In this document: positions 25,301 through 38,186 of the stretch, one piece after another
Layout of the letters: each line of letters opens with the position of its first letter
Numbering within the stretch: the stretch's first letter is position 1
Source of the DNA: Sphagnum compactum
Lineage: Eukaryota
Direction: 5' to 3'
DNA: 64,000 bases
Assembly (NCBI GenBank): GCA_965153455.1
Contig: OZ234493.1
Span: 33,718,213 to 33,782,212 of the forward strand
The notes under the pieces: generated by a model
Told to the model about the DNA's origin: nothing
Databases searched by the model: none
What the model saw: the letters and a program-made list of their open reading frames with translations, nothing else
Made by a program: the position numbers and the translations under genes

Positions 25301-27599
25301 AGAATGCCAAGTGAGCATTCCAATTTTTTTGAAACTTTTTGCCTTTCACTAGAAGGCCTATATGCCATTGAGGGGCATAGAAGGATTCAAATTGAGGCTT
25401 GCTCACCTTATCATGCATTCTACCTCCTAGTGAGCCACAAGGAACCGTGAGGATAATATAAGGCTAATCACTAACTAAGTTGTCAGGTGTTATTATTTAA
25501 TTGTAGTATTAAGTCTAGCTTAATTAGGTCTAATCCTAATTAGTTAGGCTAATCTAGTTTAGTAGTTAATTTAGCTATGGACTAATTCCAATGTTGACAG
25601 GTTAGAGTTTTTTTGCATTTGGGATATAATCCTTTGTTGTGTGATCTCAAATCACTTTTGGTGACTTGAAGTTTTAAAACACTTTTTTTTTTGCTTTTCA
25701 TTTTTTTTTTGTTTTCATAGTTTCCTTTTGTAAATCTTGTGTGATTTCATTTTTTTTTGTGTTTTGGACTTGGATTCTTACATTTTGTTGTTTGCATGTG
25801 AGTTCTTTTGATTTGGGTTGATGTGCCATTTTGGGTATCATGTTGTTATTTTGTTTAGGTGTGTGGACAGCGATAAGTGTAAACGTCAATATGGTAGCAC
25901 ACAATAGAACCTTAGGGAGGAATTAAGTGACAAAATGCATTCGAAGGGTGTTTTTCCTTGCTAAAGGACTATAGTTGCACTCTATGTCTTTCCAAGTGCA
26001 AAAACAACATTAAAATATACAATTGGCACTTGACAAGAAAATGAAATAACTTGCACTATAAAAAACCTTCTAATAGGCAGAAAAGGCAAGTAAAATCCAT
26101 TTCAGTCCTTATGATGCACAGTAGGTGATCAAACATAGACTCCTTGACCCATGAATAACCAAATGGTAGTCCAAATTAAAAAACTAACAGTAACATAGAG
26201 AATTTTTTTATCATTATCTTGGGTTCAACCCAAAGCAAAGTATGTGTTAACACAATATTTTTTGTTGTAGCTTTCTACCTTGAAAATATTATCTCAAAGG
26301 TCTTGACAATTTTATGATGATCTAAAAATCAGAAAACTCCCTAATCTTGACTCCCAAAAATGTTCTCTGATTTTTGTAATGTAATTGGAAGCCATGTTAA
26401 CTAGCAATTTTTTCCTCCATTGTTTGGGTCACATTGCAAAAAATAGAACACCCATTCAAGTGAACATTCCATTTTTTGAAACACACACCCTCCCCCCTCC
26501 CTTTTATTTTGGTCCCGTGATAACCACCCATCCCACTATGTATCACACAAAAAAAACAAAAATTTGGAGCAAGTCTTTACATTTGATAAAGCTATGGATG
26601 ATGGACTTTATTTTTATCTAAATTGAACATTGAGCTTCACCTCTCATGGGGCCTTATTATGGTAAAGCTTGCAACCTAGGCTTTAACCTACACAAACATT
26701 GTTAATCCCAAATTGACTCAACAAGCACCAACACCCACCAACACAACCATGTAGGACGATGATGTGCGAATGATGTGTTGCCATGAAAAACACTTTGTCA
26801 TTGTGTCCTTGTCCCATAACTAATCAATATGTCTCAACAATTCACATGTAAATATTTACCTAGTAACCAACAACAAGTGCCTTACCTCCTTGTATAGTAA
26901 GCATTTATACTCATTACTTATTTATTTACGATACTTAGTACTTATCCACTTACATAGGTAGTTAACTAGGTGGTGTGAGTTAGAAATACAAGGGTTTCAA
27001 GGATAGATCACCAAGGTGGAATTGTAGCCTCATAAGGGTCCATGCTTACAAGAGTTAATTTTGAATTATGCCTTTACTATCATATAAGTAGATTGCACAA
27101 TTAATTCTCACACATTGTTCACACACAAAAATATAAGAAATTTACCTATGCACTTAACAATTGATCTTTATGTGGGCTACACACATTAGAGAGTTCATCA
27201 TATGCACCTAAAAGTTTGCTTTATAATAATCGTTCACCAAAAACACATACGTTTATTATTGTGAACATTTTCATAATTCAAATGACACATTAGTTTATTT
27301 GTGACATAGGTTCACTACACAAAATATTTATCCCAAGATTTAACACAAAATAACAACATGAGATTATGAAAGGGAGAATATGAAATCAAAGCTCCACCTA
27401 GAACCCTTAATATATTTGAGAAATGAATTTTATCCCCATTCATCTACATCTATTACAAATTCCCATTCATCATCTACAAATCATTAATATTATGCCACAT
27501 GTTATCCTTTTAAAACTATCATCCTTATTATGAACAAGTCATTCAATTATTTGGAATCTGTTTTTTTTAGAATTTTTATTGTTATGTTGGAAACATCCA

Positions 27600-28840
27600 C
27601 ATATAACCTATCAAAATTAAGGCACTTGAAAACAAAACCTTAAATTTTTCAAGCGTTTCAATTGACTTCCCCTCCTCCACAAGTTGCATTCCCAATTTGA
27701 GAAATTTCATGAGATGGCATGTTTGGGTTGCATAACAATTTACGTACGTTTAATAGTAACCCACTTGCTTCAAAAATGTTCACAATTTATTTTTTGTCTT
27801 AAGAAAAGGAAAAAAATTCACCTTTTCAATCTTGGTGAGATTAATGCAAATGTCATCCTTTAAAATAATATGTCCAAGAAAAATTTCATGAGAATCCAAA
27901 ATGACATTTTTTCAAGGTTAAAGAAGCATTTGCCATCATTAATCAATTGAAAACTCTTTTAAAATTGTGAAGATGAGTCATTTTGCTCCCATGCACACAA
28001 AATTCATCCAAAAACATTTGAACAAATAGCCCAATGTAAGGTTTCAAACATTTGTTCATGAACCTTTGGAAGGTTCCAAGGGCATTATACAACCCAAATG
28101 ACATCACCAAATATGCAAACACACCCTATGGAATGATGAAGGTCATCTTCAAGATGTCTTCCTTTGCAAGCTTAATTTGGTTGTAGCCACTATAACCATC
28201 CCCAAAACTATACAACTCATAATTGCCAAAAACACTTGAACATATCACCCAATGTAAGGTTCCAAAACATTGTTCATGGACCTTTGGAAGGTTGCAAGGG
28301 CATTACACAACCCAAATGGCATCACCCTATATGCAAACATACCCCATGGAGCGGTGAAGGTCATCTTCAAAATGTCTTCCTTCACAACCTTAATTTGGTT
28401 GTAACTAATATCTAGCCATCCCCAAAACTCGTGGTTGCCAATTTCATCCAAGATGTTGCCAATGAACAAAAGAAAAGAGTAAATTTTTTTAATGTAATCA
28501 CTTAGTTTTTAATAATTGACACATACACAAAGCTTCCTCTTCTTCTTCATTTGTGATGGGTGACACCCATTTCAAATTCTCCACCAACACAATGAATTGT
28601 GTCTCCAAAAGTTTATTCAACGCCGATTGTTTGGGCATAATTGGGATTCATTTTTCAAATCTTTGTCGTAAGGGTTTTGTATTTAAAAGTAATTTAGTCT
28701 TGTGTTCCTCCAAAATCACTTTCTTAAAATCCTTGTAATTTGTGGTAAAAAGGTGATGGTAGTTATGAAATAAGCCTTGGATGGCACTCATCTCCTTGAA
28801 ATTCAATTGAAAAATATTCTCCAATTTTGTTACAACCAAA
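27600..28840 (-). mobile_element. Decayed Ty3/gypsy reverse transcriptase fragment with an internal tandem duplication
   Basis: Pieces read SYNQIKVVKEDILKMTFTAPWGMFAYRVMPFGLCNALATFQR, followed by FVQMFLDEFCV (degenerate YxDD). An upstream piece reads EHKTKLLLNTKPLRQR. Many stops. Confidence 0.82.
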
Positions 28841-30181
28841 TTGGATAATGATGGTGATGAATGTTATAGGTTACAAAAATGAAAATTATACTAAACACAA
28901 AAAAATTCCCAAAATAATTTTTAAATTAAAGTAATTTAACCAAGAGAAACATAATTCAAATGGGCAACCAACTTGGAAATCAAATGATTAAAACATGCGC
29001 ATTTCATCTTTGAAAGGAATCAATAACTACAAAACAAAAAAAAAAAGTTCAATCACATCAACTTTGGTTGAGATTAGTTCATTATTTCTTAATGACTTTT
29101 TTTCAAAAAAATTTAACTACTTAAACAATTTATGAATAACCATTGTACAATAGTTTGACATTAATACTACATGCACTTATTATGCAACACAATTTTATCT
29201 TTGGTTTTTGTGGAGTTACTAACTAATTATGTCCCAAATCCTTTGAACTTAAATCTTATATTGACCTACATAGAATAGAATGTTTGATTTAAGTTCAGAA
29301 GCTAAATGATTGCAAATATCCAAAAGAAAATATCCCAACAAATGCAAGGGACTAATGATCTTCAAAACTTAACCTCATGGATGAACTATTCTATTGATTT
29401 ATCAAGTCATAAAGTTATTGTCAATTGATCATCTTCACAAACAATGACAATTGCTTTTGATATTGCAATCATTAAAATGAACTCTCCAACATGGTTGGTG
29501 GTCGTCATGTATGTTGATTGTGGGTTCAACACTTGTGTTTACTCCAAATGCATATTCATCCACTCATGTTTGGAAAAGATGAAATGCAAATAGTGTTGGC
29601 TAGTAAGTAAGTCATGGTAAGAAAAACAAAACATAAATAGGTATCGCCATTCTTTGATCATAGTGTGCTTTTAAGGTCCACAACATGACAATGTTCGATC
29701 ATTTTATCATTCTTCCAGTACCATATCATCCACAAGACCACCTAAATTTCCACCTTAACTCATTGGCAAACAAATTACAACATCAATTTGTTGGTAGATG
29801 AAAGGTCTCCTAACAAATGGTTCAATGACTTGGGCATCTAGCCATAGATCTTGAATCAACCTCCTCATGAATGAAGGTTGAGCCTTGATTTATTGAACCA
29901 TCCATGATTTATTGAGCCATCCCTTTACGCAAGGACTCTGTTTTCATTTGGGTCTACACGACCTTAATATTGTAATTAACTTGGACATTAAGGTGAGAAA
30001 TAGGCAATTTTCAAACATGTCTATGTAAAATACCTAATAACATAATGACCTAGCTAGAACTAGTGCATCGTTTTGGCCAAAACATGATTGGGATTATTTC
30101 TTTGTTTATTACCCATGAGACTGTAAAGAAAAGTTCCACAACAAACTTTGAAGGTAACAGGACAATGAATGTGGTCATAAC

Positions 30182-32644
30182 TAATGTTGGTCTAGTATCA
30201 GAAAAATGCCGAATATAAACTCGGATATGCATTAAGGTATAGAAGAACCTACTAGTAGGTCATCAACTTACCAATAAAAAGGTTGAAAACCTAGTTATTG
30301 GTTCTCGGTGAAATTGATGCATTAGGGTTAATTGAACATGTGGGTTTAAGGCTTTGCAAAACCTAGGTGATACCAAGGCCCAGCCATTTGCATGGATCTC
30401 TAGTAACAAGAAACTAGTATCAATTAGGTTAAAGATACATGTTTATGAGTGCTTCCTTTGGCAATGGTGGCATAGATTTAATGCATCTAGGAGGGTGCGA
30501 ATGAGCTCAAATGAGTCAAAATTGATGTCAAAATGTTAACTTTTTGCAATTCTTGTTACATTTGTTTATGTGGTGCCATTTTAATGGCATATGAATCATG
30601 GAAAAAGACCATGGAAGTTTATGTGCTTCTTGCCATTGGCTAATGTGCAACTGTGACAACAACATTTGACCTATGGATGTCAAGGTTAGGGTATGACACA
30701 TTTACCTTGGTAATTAATTTCATTAATTAGAGTTAGGTTCCTTGTCACATAATTGTTGGGCTTTTTGAAACACCCAATACTTCTGGTGGAGCTCTTGCAA
30801 AGCAAATGAAGATTTTATTGGTTGAGTTCAACTTGACAAGTAGGGTCATCGCATATGTCAAGGATGAAGGAGCCAATTTAAATTCCCTCACAACTACATT
30901 CACTTCTATTGTGTCATGTGAGCCTCTACAGTTGTTTTACCTATTTGTTGGCTTTTGTTTTGGTCATGTTATGTCAAAGGCATGTTAGTATGCCATGAAT
31001 GAAGCTAAGGTGGGTGTGGGCATGAAAGAAATCAACTTGAAAGATGCGTAAATTGCTTTCCAAAAAACAATTATTTGGATTAAAAAGTTTGGGAAGGGTA
31101 GACATGAATGGGAGAAGGCTTGTCATGAGGTTGGCTTGTGGCATAGAAAACTCAACACCCCCATGAAGATTTGTTTTGCTTCCAAGGTGATTTTATTCCG
31201 AGAGACCTTGGAATATGCAAATGCTATCAACATATGCTACATTCAGAGAGTTCATCTATGCAAGCTAGGGTTCCCAACATGCTCACATGGGCAATTGCTC
31301 GAGCAGTAATTGAAACCCTAAACTAGTTATTTGTCAATGTTTGTTGAATCAAAGTAAAGGGTATTAATTACTATCAAATGTGTTGTTTACTATTTTTGCA
31401 ATCATGGGGACAATGAGGATGGAATATGACCATCAAACTATTGTTGTTCCTCCATTTCAATGTGGTGAATTTGATCAAAAGATTGAGATTTTGTATGGTA
31501 GAATGGCTGTAAAAGTCATTAATGTGTTACATCCTTTTCTAAGTTTTGCAAAGTCCTCACAGGAAAAAGCCCACAACATTGTTGCTTTGATGTTGGATCC
31601 ACGCTTCAAAGGCATAGATTGCATCATGGATTACATTGGCAAGGATTAAACTGCCATATTAGTGCAACAATATGATGAGTTGATTGTGATGCCCTTGTTG
31701 AAAGCTGTGATGGGATTTTTGAATCTAGATCAAACTGCAGGCTCAATTCTTCCATCACCCAAGCTACTCCAACTTCAACTAGGTTGTTTAGATTAGCAAG
31801 TTCAACACAAGAGGCAACTAAAGGCCTTCCCAAAGTTAAGCTATATTTGTTTCGTAGGTTCAATGTGGAGAATGTGGATGGCCTTGATCCTTTGATCTAG
31901 TAGTTTGTTAATGAATCCAAATTCCCAAATGTTGGTTTTTTGGCACAATAGATTTTAAGCATCCCAAGTTCACAAATTGGGACTAAACGAATCTTCTTCA
32001 TTGCAAGTGTGCTCACTAGTTTGCAATGGTGTCATCTTAGGGTTGAAAATCTTGGCAAACTTGTCATGATTTACAAAAATTGGCTTGTTGATGCACAAGT
32101 CGATTGCAAGCTAGTTGTCAGAGATAGACCAGGAGAGTTTTTTGTGGCAAAGGACATGTTACTAGAAGAAAATGAGGAGCTACTTGAGAAGGTAAGCTAT
32201 CTTGAAAAGATAAAATCATGTGTTTGAAGATGTTAGATGGGTTGCTTATGCATTTTATGCTCATATACATTGCTGATTACAGCTTTTTGAATATATTGTT
32301 GCACAAGTTTTACATGCGCATGATATTGCTTGACTCTTGAATCATTGAATGCTTGTTTTCCTACTTGTTTGTGATTCTTCCTCTAGTTGGAAACATACAC
32401 ATTAACAATGAAAAATCCTAAATTTAACACTAATACCTGAGTTGTTATTTTGCCAAGTTCAACACTCACATACCCAATGGATACTGATGCTGCCAATTTT
32501 CAACCAGCAAGCTATTGATACCACACTGGTACCAAAAAACTTATTTTAAAAAAAAATCAAAACCCTACCCAAATTTTAAAATATAAAAAAATTGATACCA
32601 AGAACTTCCTGGTATCTACAAAACCTAATACCAGAACAACACTG
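30182..32644 (+). mobile_element. Internally deleted hAT transposon with pseudogenised transposase (about 30560-32227), TSD GTCATAAC
   Basis: Exact GTCATAAC at 30174-30181 and 32645-32652. Ends are TAATGTTGGTCTAGTAT...ATACCAGAACAACACTG. Transposase motifs TTFDLWMS, AYVKDEGANL and ALMLDPRFK are present, with a C-terminal dimerisation-domain remnant. Many premature stops. Confidence 0.9.
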
Positions 32645-33666
32645 GTCATAACCTTATGAGTGTTGCTCACAATGTGTCAGAGAGTTTATCACCTTCATCA
32701 TGAATAGCAGTGCTGAGTTGCCATGCAAGCTTATCCCAGAACATGAGAACTAACTACTACAGCCTTTGTCAAGCTAAGGGTAGTTGGCCCAGAAGAAGGG
32801 CAAAGATGCATAATCTCTTCAGCAACTAGACTGTCACCCTGGGACATGGGTATCCCCATTTTGTGTACAGTCTTTCAATTTGTGACAAAAAGCATAGTAG
32901 CCCCATGGAGCTGCAAAACCCAACACAAAGTTTCCATCCATAGGATAGGAACATATTGCAAGTATTTTGAGTATTCACAATCATTTTGTTGTGACATCGA
33001 TACTTTATCAAAGATTACTATGAAGCAGTTTACAATCAACAATCTGAACAAGTTAAAACCGCTCTCACTTGAAGGATAATTTGTTCCTTTTGAACACTTC
33101 CGTCATCTGGACAAGTTACTACTTCCCAAGCAGTCCATTACTGTGTCTTCTACAAAAGGGACCATTTCAACAGAATGGGTGAGTTTGGCTGGGGATCTTG
33201 TAGCAAACACAGTAGTCACTTTGAAATGAAAACCATGGGTTTAACTCTCTTGCATAGAGAGTTGGTCAAGATCAACACAAGATTGACCTTTGTCACTGAG
33301 AGAAAAACTCCATCAAACCTGAGAGGAGTGTGAAACACACTCACTTTCTATAGAGGATGCGTCAAGGTTTCTGTGGTAAGCATTGTCTGCAGAAATCTGT
33401 GGATTGTGGCTAGCTCATTACACAAACATCCTTGGCAAGCAGAGCTGTGCAGCAGAAAAAGTACCATAGGTGCGGAAGTTCACTCTCATATTACATGTCT
33501 GTTCAGTCACCCAAAATACTCGAATGTGTCAAGCTGATGCACAAGTACAGATTCTGAAGTACCTTACATACTTTTGGTCAATCGGGTTGATGGGCTGCTA
33601 CAGATTATTCATGACAATGTCATTGTTAGTGTCCTCTTTTCGGTGCCTTGTGAAAATCCTCCCATT

Positions 33667-36600
33667 CTACTTTGCATTTCTTGCCTTCTGATCCTCAAGG
33701 ATCTGTAACTTTCGCTGGGCTTCCAAGAATGCATCTTCCTTGCCTTGCTCCTTCAGTTCACTAACAATGTGTCTTGCGCATGCAATTGCCTCCTCATACC
33801 TGTTTCAAACCATTTCATCATCACCAATATAGATCATCAACACAGCTTTTGATTTCTGAGTAACATGACCCAAAGTAGCACACCAAAGGAGAGATGGAAT
33901 GGGCATACCTCCCCAGTTTGGAATACACACTAACAAGGCTTTCATAGCTGCCGAGGGTGTCAGAGTGACTTGGGCCATATGCCTTACTCAGTATTTCCTT
34001 TGCTTCCTCAAGGATTTTCAATGCCTCCACTGGATGACCAAGCTCCAAATGAGCTACACCTAGATGGTTGAGCACCAACCCAAGAGAGAAGTGATTGTCT
34101 CCAAAGCTCTGCCTCAGTTTTTCGACAGCATCTTCCAAGTGAGGGAGGGCTGCTTCTAGTTGGCCATTGTTGATTAGAAGCAGACCAACTTGAGCTTGAG
34201 TACCTGCAGCTGCATTTTTCTGCTCAGGAATTTCTGCAAAGACAGTGAGTGCCCGCTTCAGGAGACCTATGGCTTCCTCAGGCTGGTTCATTTGTTCATA
34301 TATTGCAGAAAGTTCTGTGAAAGCTTCTGCAACAGCAAGTGCATGAGGGTCTTTTGCTGCCAACCCCTTGCTTCTGTTGTTCACAATGTCCATGGCCATG
34401 CTGCAATTGCAAGAATCACAACTTTAAGTCTGCAAATCTTCAATTGAAAGTGCAATTGTATGAAATTTTTGTTGTACTTGAACCATCTCAAATGATGTGA
34501 AATACTTTCTCACCTGCAGTAAGATCTTGCTTGCTCCATTTTACCTAGTCCTGCGTAAGCCTTTGCAAGGTTGACTGTAGCCAGTGACCGCATTGGACTG
34601 TCTTCAGCCATCTGAGACAAAGCACTCTGGAGGGATGCAATTGCATCATCGAATTTGCCAAGTGTGATCTGGGTATCTGCTGTTGAGATCTCCACAAAAA
34701 CAGTCTCAGATCCAATATTCCTCTCTTTGAGAATCTTCCTCACCAACAACTGTTCCTCAAGGGCTTTCTCATGATCTTCTAGTCCACTGTAAATGACAGA
34801 GAGAAGACGCCTATCAATAGCTTCCTCTATTGAACCTTCACCATGGATCTTGAGGTGACTCTCCAGAGCCTTTTTCGCCAAAGTCTTTGCATCATCAAAA
34901 CGCATTACCTGGGTGAACGCTTCACCCACCTGTGAATGCAAACAAGTGAAGATCCTTAGATGAAATGAATTTGATTCAGCAGAGGAGCTACCAATGATAA
35001 ACAGATTTGGGAGACTCTATTATTCCACAAATTTTTCAGACTGCACAATGTAAGGTGTACACTGAGGAATCTTGTATCTTACAATGTACATCCTGTTCTG
35101 ACCCATTCAGATACTTCTTGTCCAAGATTTGTACAATGTATTGATTATCAGGTTCTTACCTGCCGATAGCTGGAGGCCAAGTGAGAATGACCAGGCTCCA
35201 AGAAAGTCTCTTGCACAGAAAGTCCTTTGGAATAGTGATGCAGCGACTCATCATGCTTTCCCAGAGCAGCAAAGGTGTCACCCAGCAAGAAGTGAACTGC
35301 AAACATTACAGGACCATACTCTGGACCCTCATGTTTCTGAATGATACGGAGTGCATGCTTCAGGTTGACCAAACTAACATCATGATGACCCAGTTTATTG
35401 TGCGCTGAAGCAATTAGGTGGTAGCACATTGCTGTCTCCAGAGGATCACTTATAGAACTCGTTTTTAAAACCTGCAGGGCCTGCTGTCCATATCTAAGAA
35501 CTTTATCCGGGCTTTCGCCAATAGAGTCATACTCTTGACCAAGTCTTAAAGCAACACTGGCTATTCGAGGGTCTTGTGGGTGAGCATCAGCTTGCAAGCG
35601 CCGCAACATCTCTTCAAGCTTCATGACACTCATTGACTCCCCTGCATTGTTCAAACATGTTTATACATGTTGCAAGTATGACGATTGGGCCTCATTCAAC
35701 ACATAATATCTCTGCCTCATAGGAGACAAACAAGCAATGAAGTGGGTCCATTGAAGTTAAGTTCATCAGATGCCACTTTCGAGCAAGGATTCACATTTGG
35801 CGGGTTGCACTAAAGCATGCCAGACACATGTGACCTTTAGCTTGTGGCAATCAGAATGCAAATGATCAGAAGAGAGATTTCACAAGGCTTTCAGAATGTG
35901 ATCACCTTTAGTTTGCTGGGCTTCTTGAATCCGCTTGTTGAGTTCTTCCCACAGTGCTCCATCAAGAGCTTTCTCTTTTTCCGTCTCTTCATCATCTGCT
36001 ATAAATTCATCTGCACAAGTCACTCATTCAAATCCATATTCCAAAACGTCCCAATCCATTCTGACACTGACATGTCCAGAAATGAGGCTCATTCTGGCAA
36101 GGATTTTGATGACAGCAAATCAACTGTTTCCAGAGCTAAAATCAGAAAGAATATCACACAAACCACTGAAAGCACATAGTAGCCTTCTTACCTTGAGCTT
36201 CAATCGCCACACTGTCATGATCAAGTGACTGATCCTTTTGTGAAGTTTGGGTCACATCTACAGTTGGTTCCTTTCCTCCACCACTTTCCAAGTGTTGTAG
36301 AGGTTGTTCCAGCGAGGATGTTCTGCTGGGTGCAGCTTCAGGCTCACCAAGTATCTGGGCACTGTAATGTCTCTGCCACAATTCATTTCCAATTCTCAAT
36401 GAACCCCAAGTGCAGCAGCTGCTTGTATGGTGTGTGAGCCCCCAGTTTCTAGTTCCACATGGATCAACATGTCCATTGCAAACATAGGCAGTAACTTTTT
36501 TTCTGACACCAACAGCCATTCTCGTACTCAAAGTGATTTTTCGCTGACTTTCATCCCTGGTGGAAAACATCACAGACCATGATGATGCCATTTGATTTCC

Positions 36601-37511
36601 AACAATTGTTTCTGCAAGCTTTTCTTCATGAACAACAATCTTGCCATGACCAAAACATGAACAAGTGGAAAGAGCATCGAGATCATGCTTAGTTTGTCCA
36701 TAAATTCCTCCTGAACAAAATGCTCGATTCAATGACAATACTGTGTCATCGCATATGCCTGATAAACCAACACAATCCAATTCTCAGAACCTTCACACAG
36801 ACCAGATGATCAGAAATGATGTGAAACCTCTCTGTCTGTGAAATGACAATACTGTGTCATCACATATGCCTGATAACCAATACAATCCAATTCTCAGAAC
36901 CTTCAAGCAGACCAGAAGATCAGATCTCTCGATCCTACTTGATCAGATCTCCACATTCCATAGCCCAGTGCTAGTACTACAAAAGTTAGAAAAAACAGAG
37001 CTGCCACTATATTATAGCCTATTGTAAGAGATTCATTTCCACAATAGACGATTGACAAAACTCCAGAACCCTAGAACACACTTGGTGCAGGTTTTCCATT
37101 CATGAAAATCTGTAAGTGGAGCTTTCGAGCACTGGCACTTGAGATTGGAAAAATTACAAGATAAAAAATTGCAGCTCTCATCTTATATACTGAAGTCAGT
37201 CCATCTCCAAAGCCAACTGCATGCATGACTTGACTGCCTTTTGAGACCCACAAACATTTTATCTCCTGTGACTTCTCAGAAGCCTTTTTCCAATGTAGAT
37301 CAGGAAAATAAAATAGAATGACCAAGGAGAAAAAGATCACATTTGATTGCAGAGGGAGATCAGAATTATCTGTAGTGCCTCTGCTCGTTAGCAGATTTTC
37401 TCGCTTGCACACAAAATATGAGTGGGAGTACAGTGAAAGTAATTTACCGAGAGAGATCCATCTACAGCCGCTGATGAGAAGAGAAGAAGCCCTTCTCCCA
37501 GGGCCCGACAT
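33667..37511 (-). CDS. Tetratricopeptide-repeat protein (kinesin-light-chain-like TPRs), about 736 aa, probable organellar transit peptide
   Basis: Exons on the minus strand: 37511-37448, 36710-36192, 36010-35906, 35641-35160, 34929-34514, 34400-33909, 33799-33667. All GT-AG with consistent phases, total 2211 nt. TPR-like units include LLGDTFAALGKHDESLHHYSKGLSVQETFLEPGHSHLA and VLNHLGVAHLELGHPVEALKILEEAKEILSKAYGPSHSDT. The N-terminus MSGPGRRASSLLISGCRWISL is Arg/Ser-rich and acid-free. The first two exons are less certain. Confidence 0.82.
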
Positions 37512-37768
37512 TATTGCTCCAACTCTTTATCCGATGCTGCTGTTGCTGGCCTGCAAACAAATGCAACACCCACAAAAATACAATACAAGACGAAGAAGAA
37601 TCCCTCGCCCTAGAGCTTGTGACTGGTTCTCGCATCTGCAAGTGATACAAAAATCAAATGTAACCTGAGAACAAGACCATCCGCAATAGCAAACACCATA
37701 GAAAAACCTCTGTGTGTGTGCGCTCACAAGAGAAGAAGAACGAAGACCTTCTCAGGCATAAACCTCAC

Positions 37769-37792
37769 TAAAACCCTAAACCCTAACCCTAA
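37769..37792. promoter_or_regulatory. Telo-box (AAACCCTAA) cluster in the divergent promoter between the TPR and P4H genes
   Basis: TAAAACCCTAAACCCTAACCCTAA lies between two head-to-head start codons (37511 minus, 38187 plus). Confidence 0.65.
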
Positions 37793-38186
37793 CTGTTCTC
37801 GTAGGACCAATTTTCGTCTCTCTCCCCTTTCTGTCCAGCAAGAATTCGAACGAGATTCTGGAGAATTTGGCGGTTGGTTTATCTGACTCTGGATCTTGAA
37901 ACAGGCTGCACAACCAGAAAAACTGTAACTGGATTCTTTGGATCACAAACAGTCCCAGTAACGCTGAAACAGGAATAGTAAAACCAGAAAAACTGTTCCG
38001 CCAACTACCCATATACCCTTTCTGACAATCTGATCCTTCAAGGAGTTCTTCATCTTGTCTGTGAGTTGAGGGACCACCCAAGTTGGTTTTTGGTCTCTAG
38101 ACGTTTTTATGCTCAAATTTAGGAAGCAATCAATGTGGTTTTCACTCGTGAATCGAGGAATCAGGGTTTTTTGCCATCTTCGAGAA

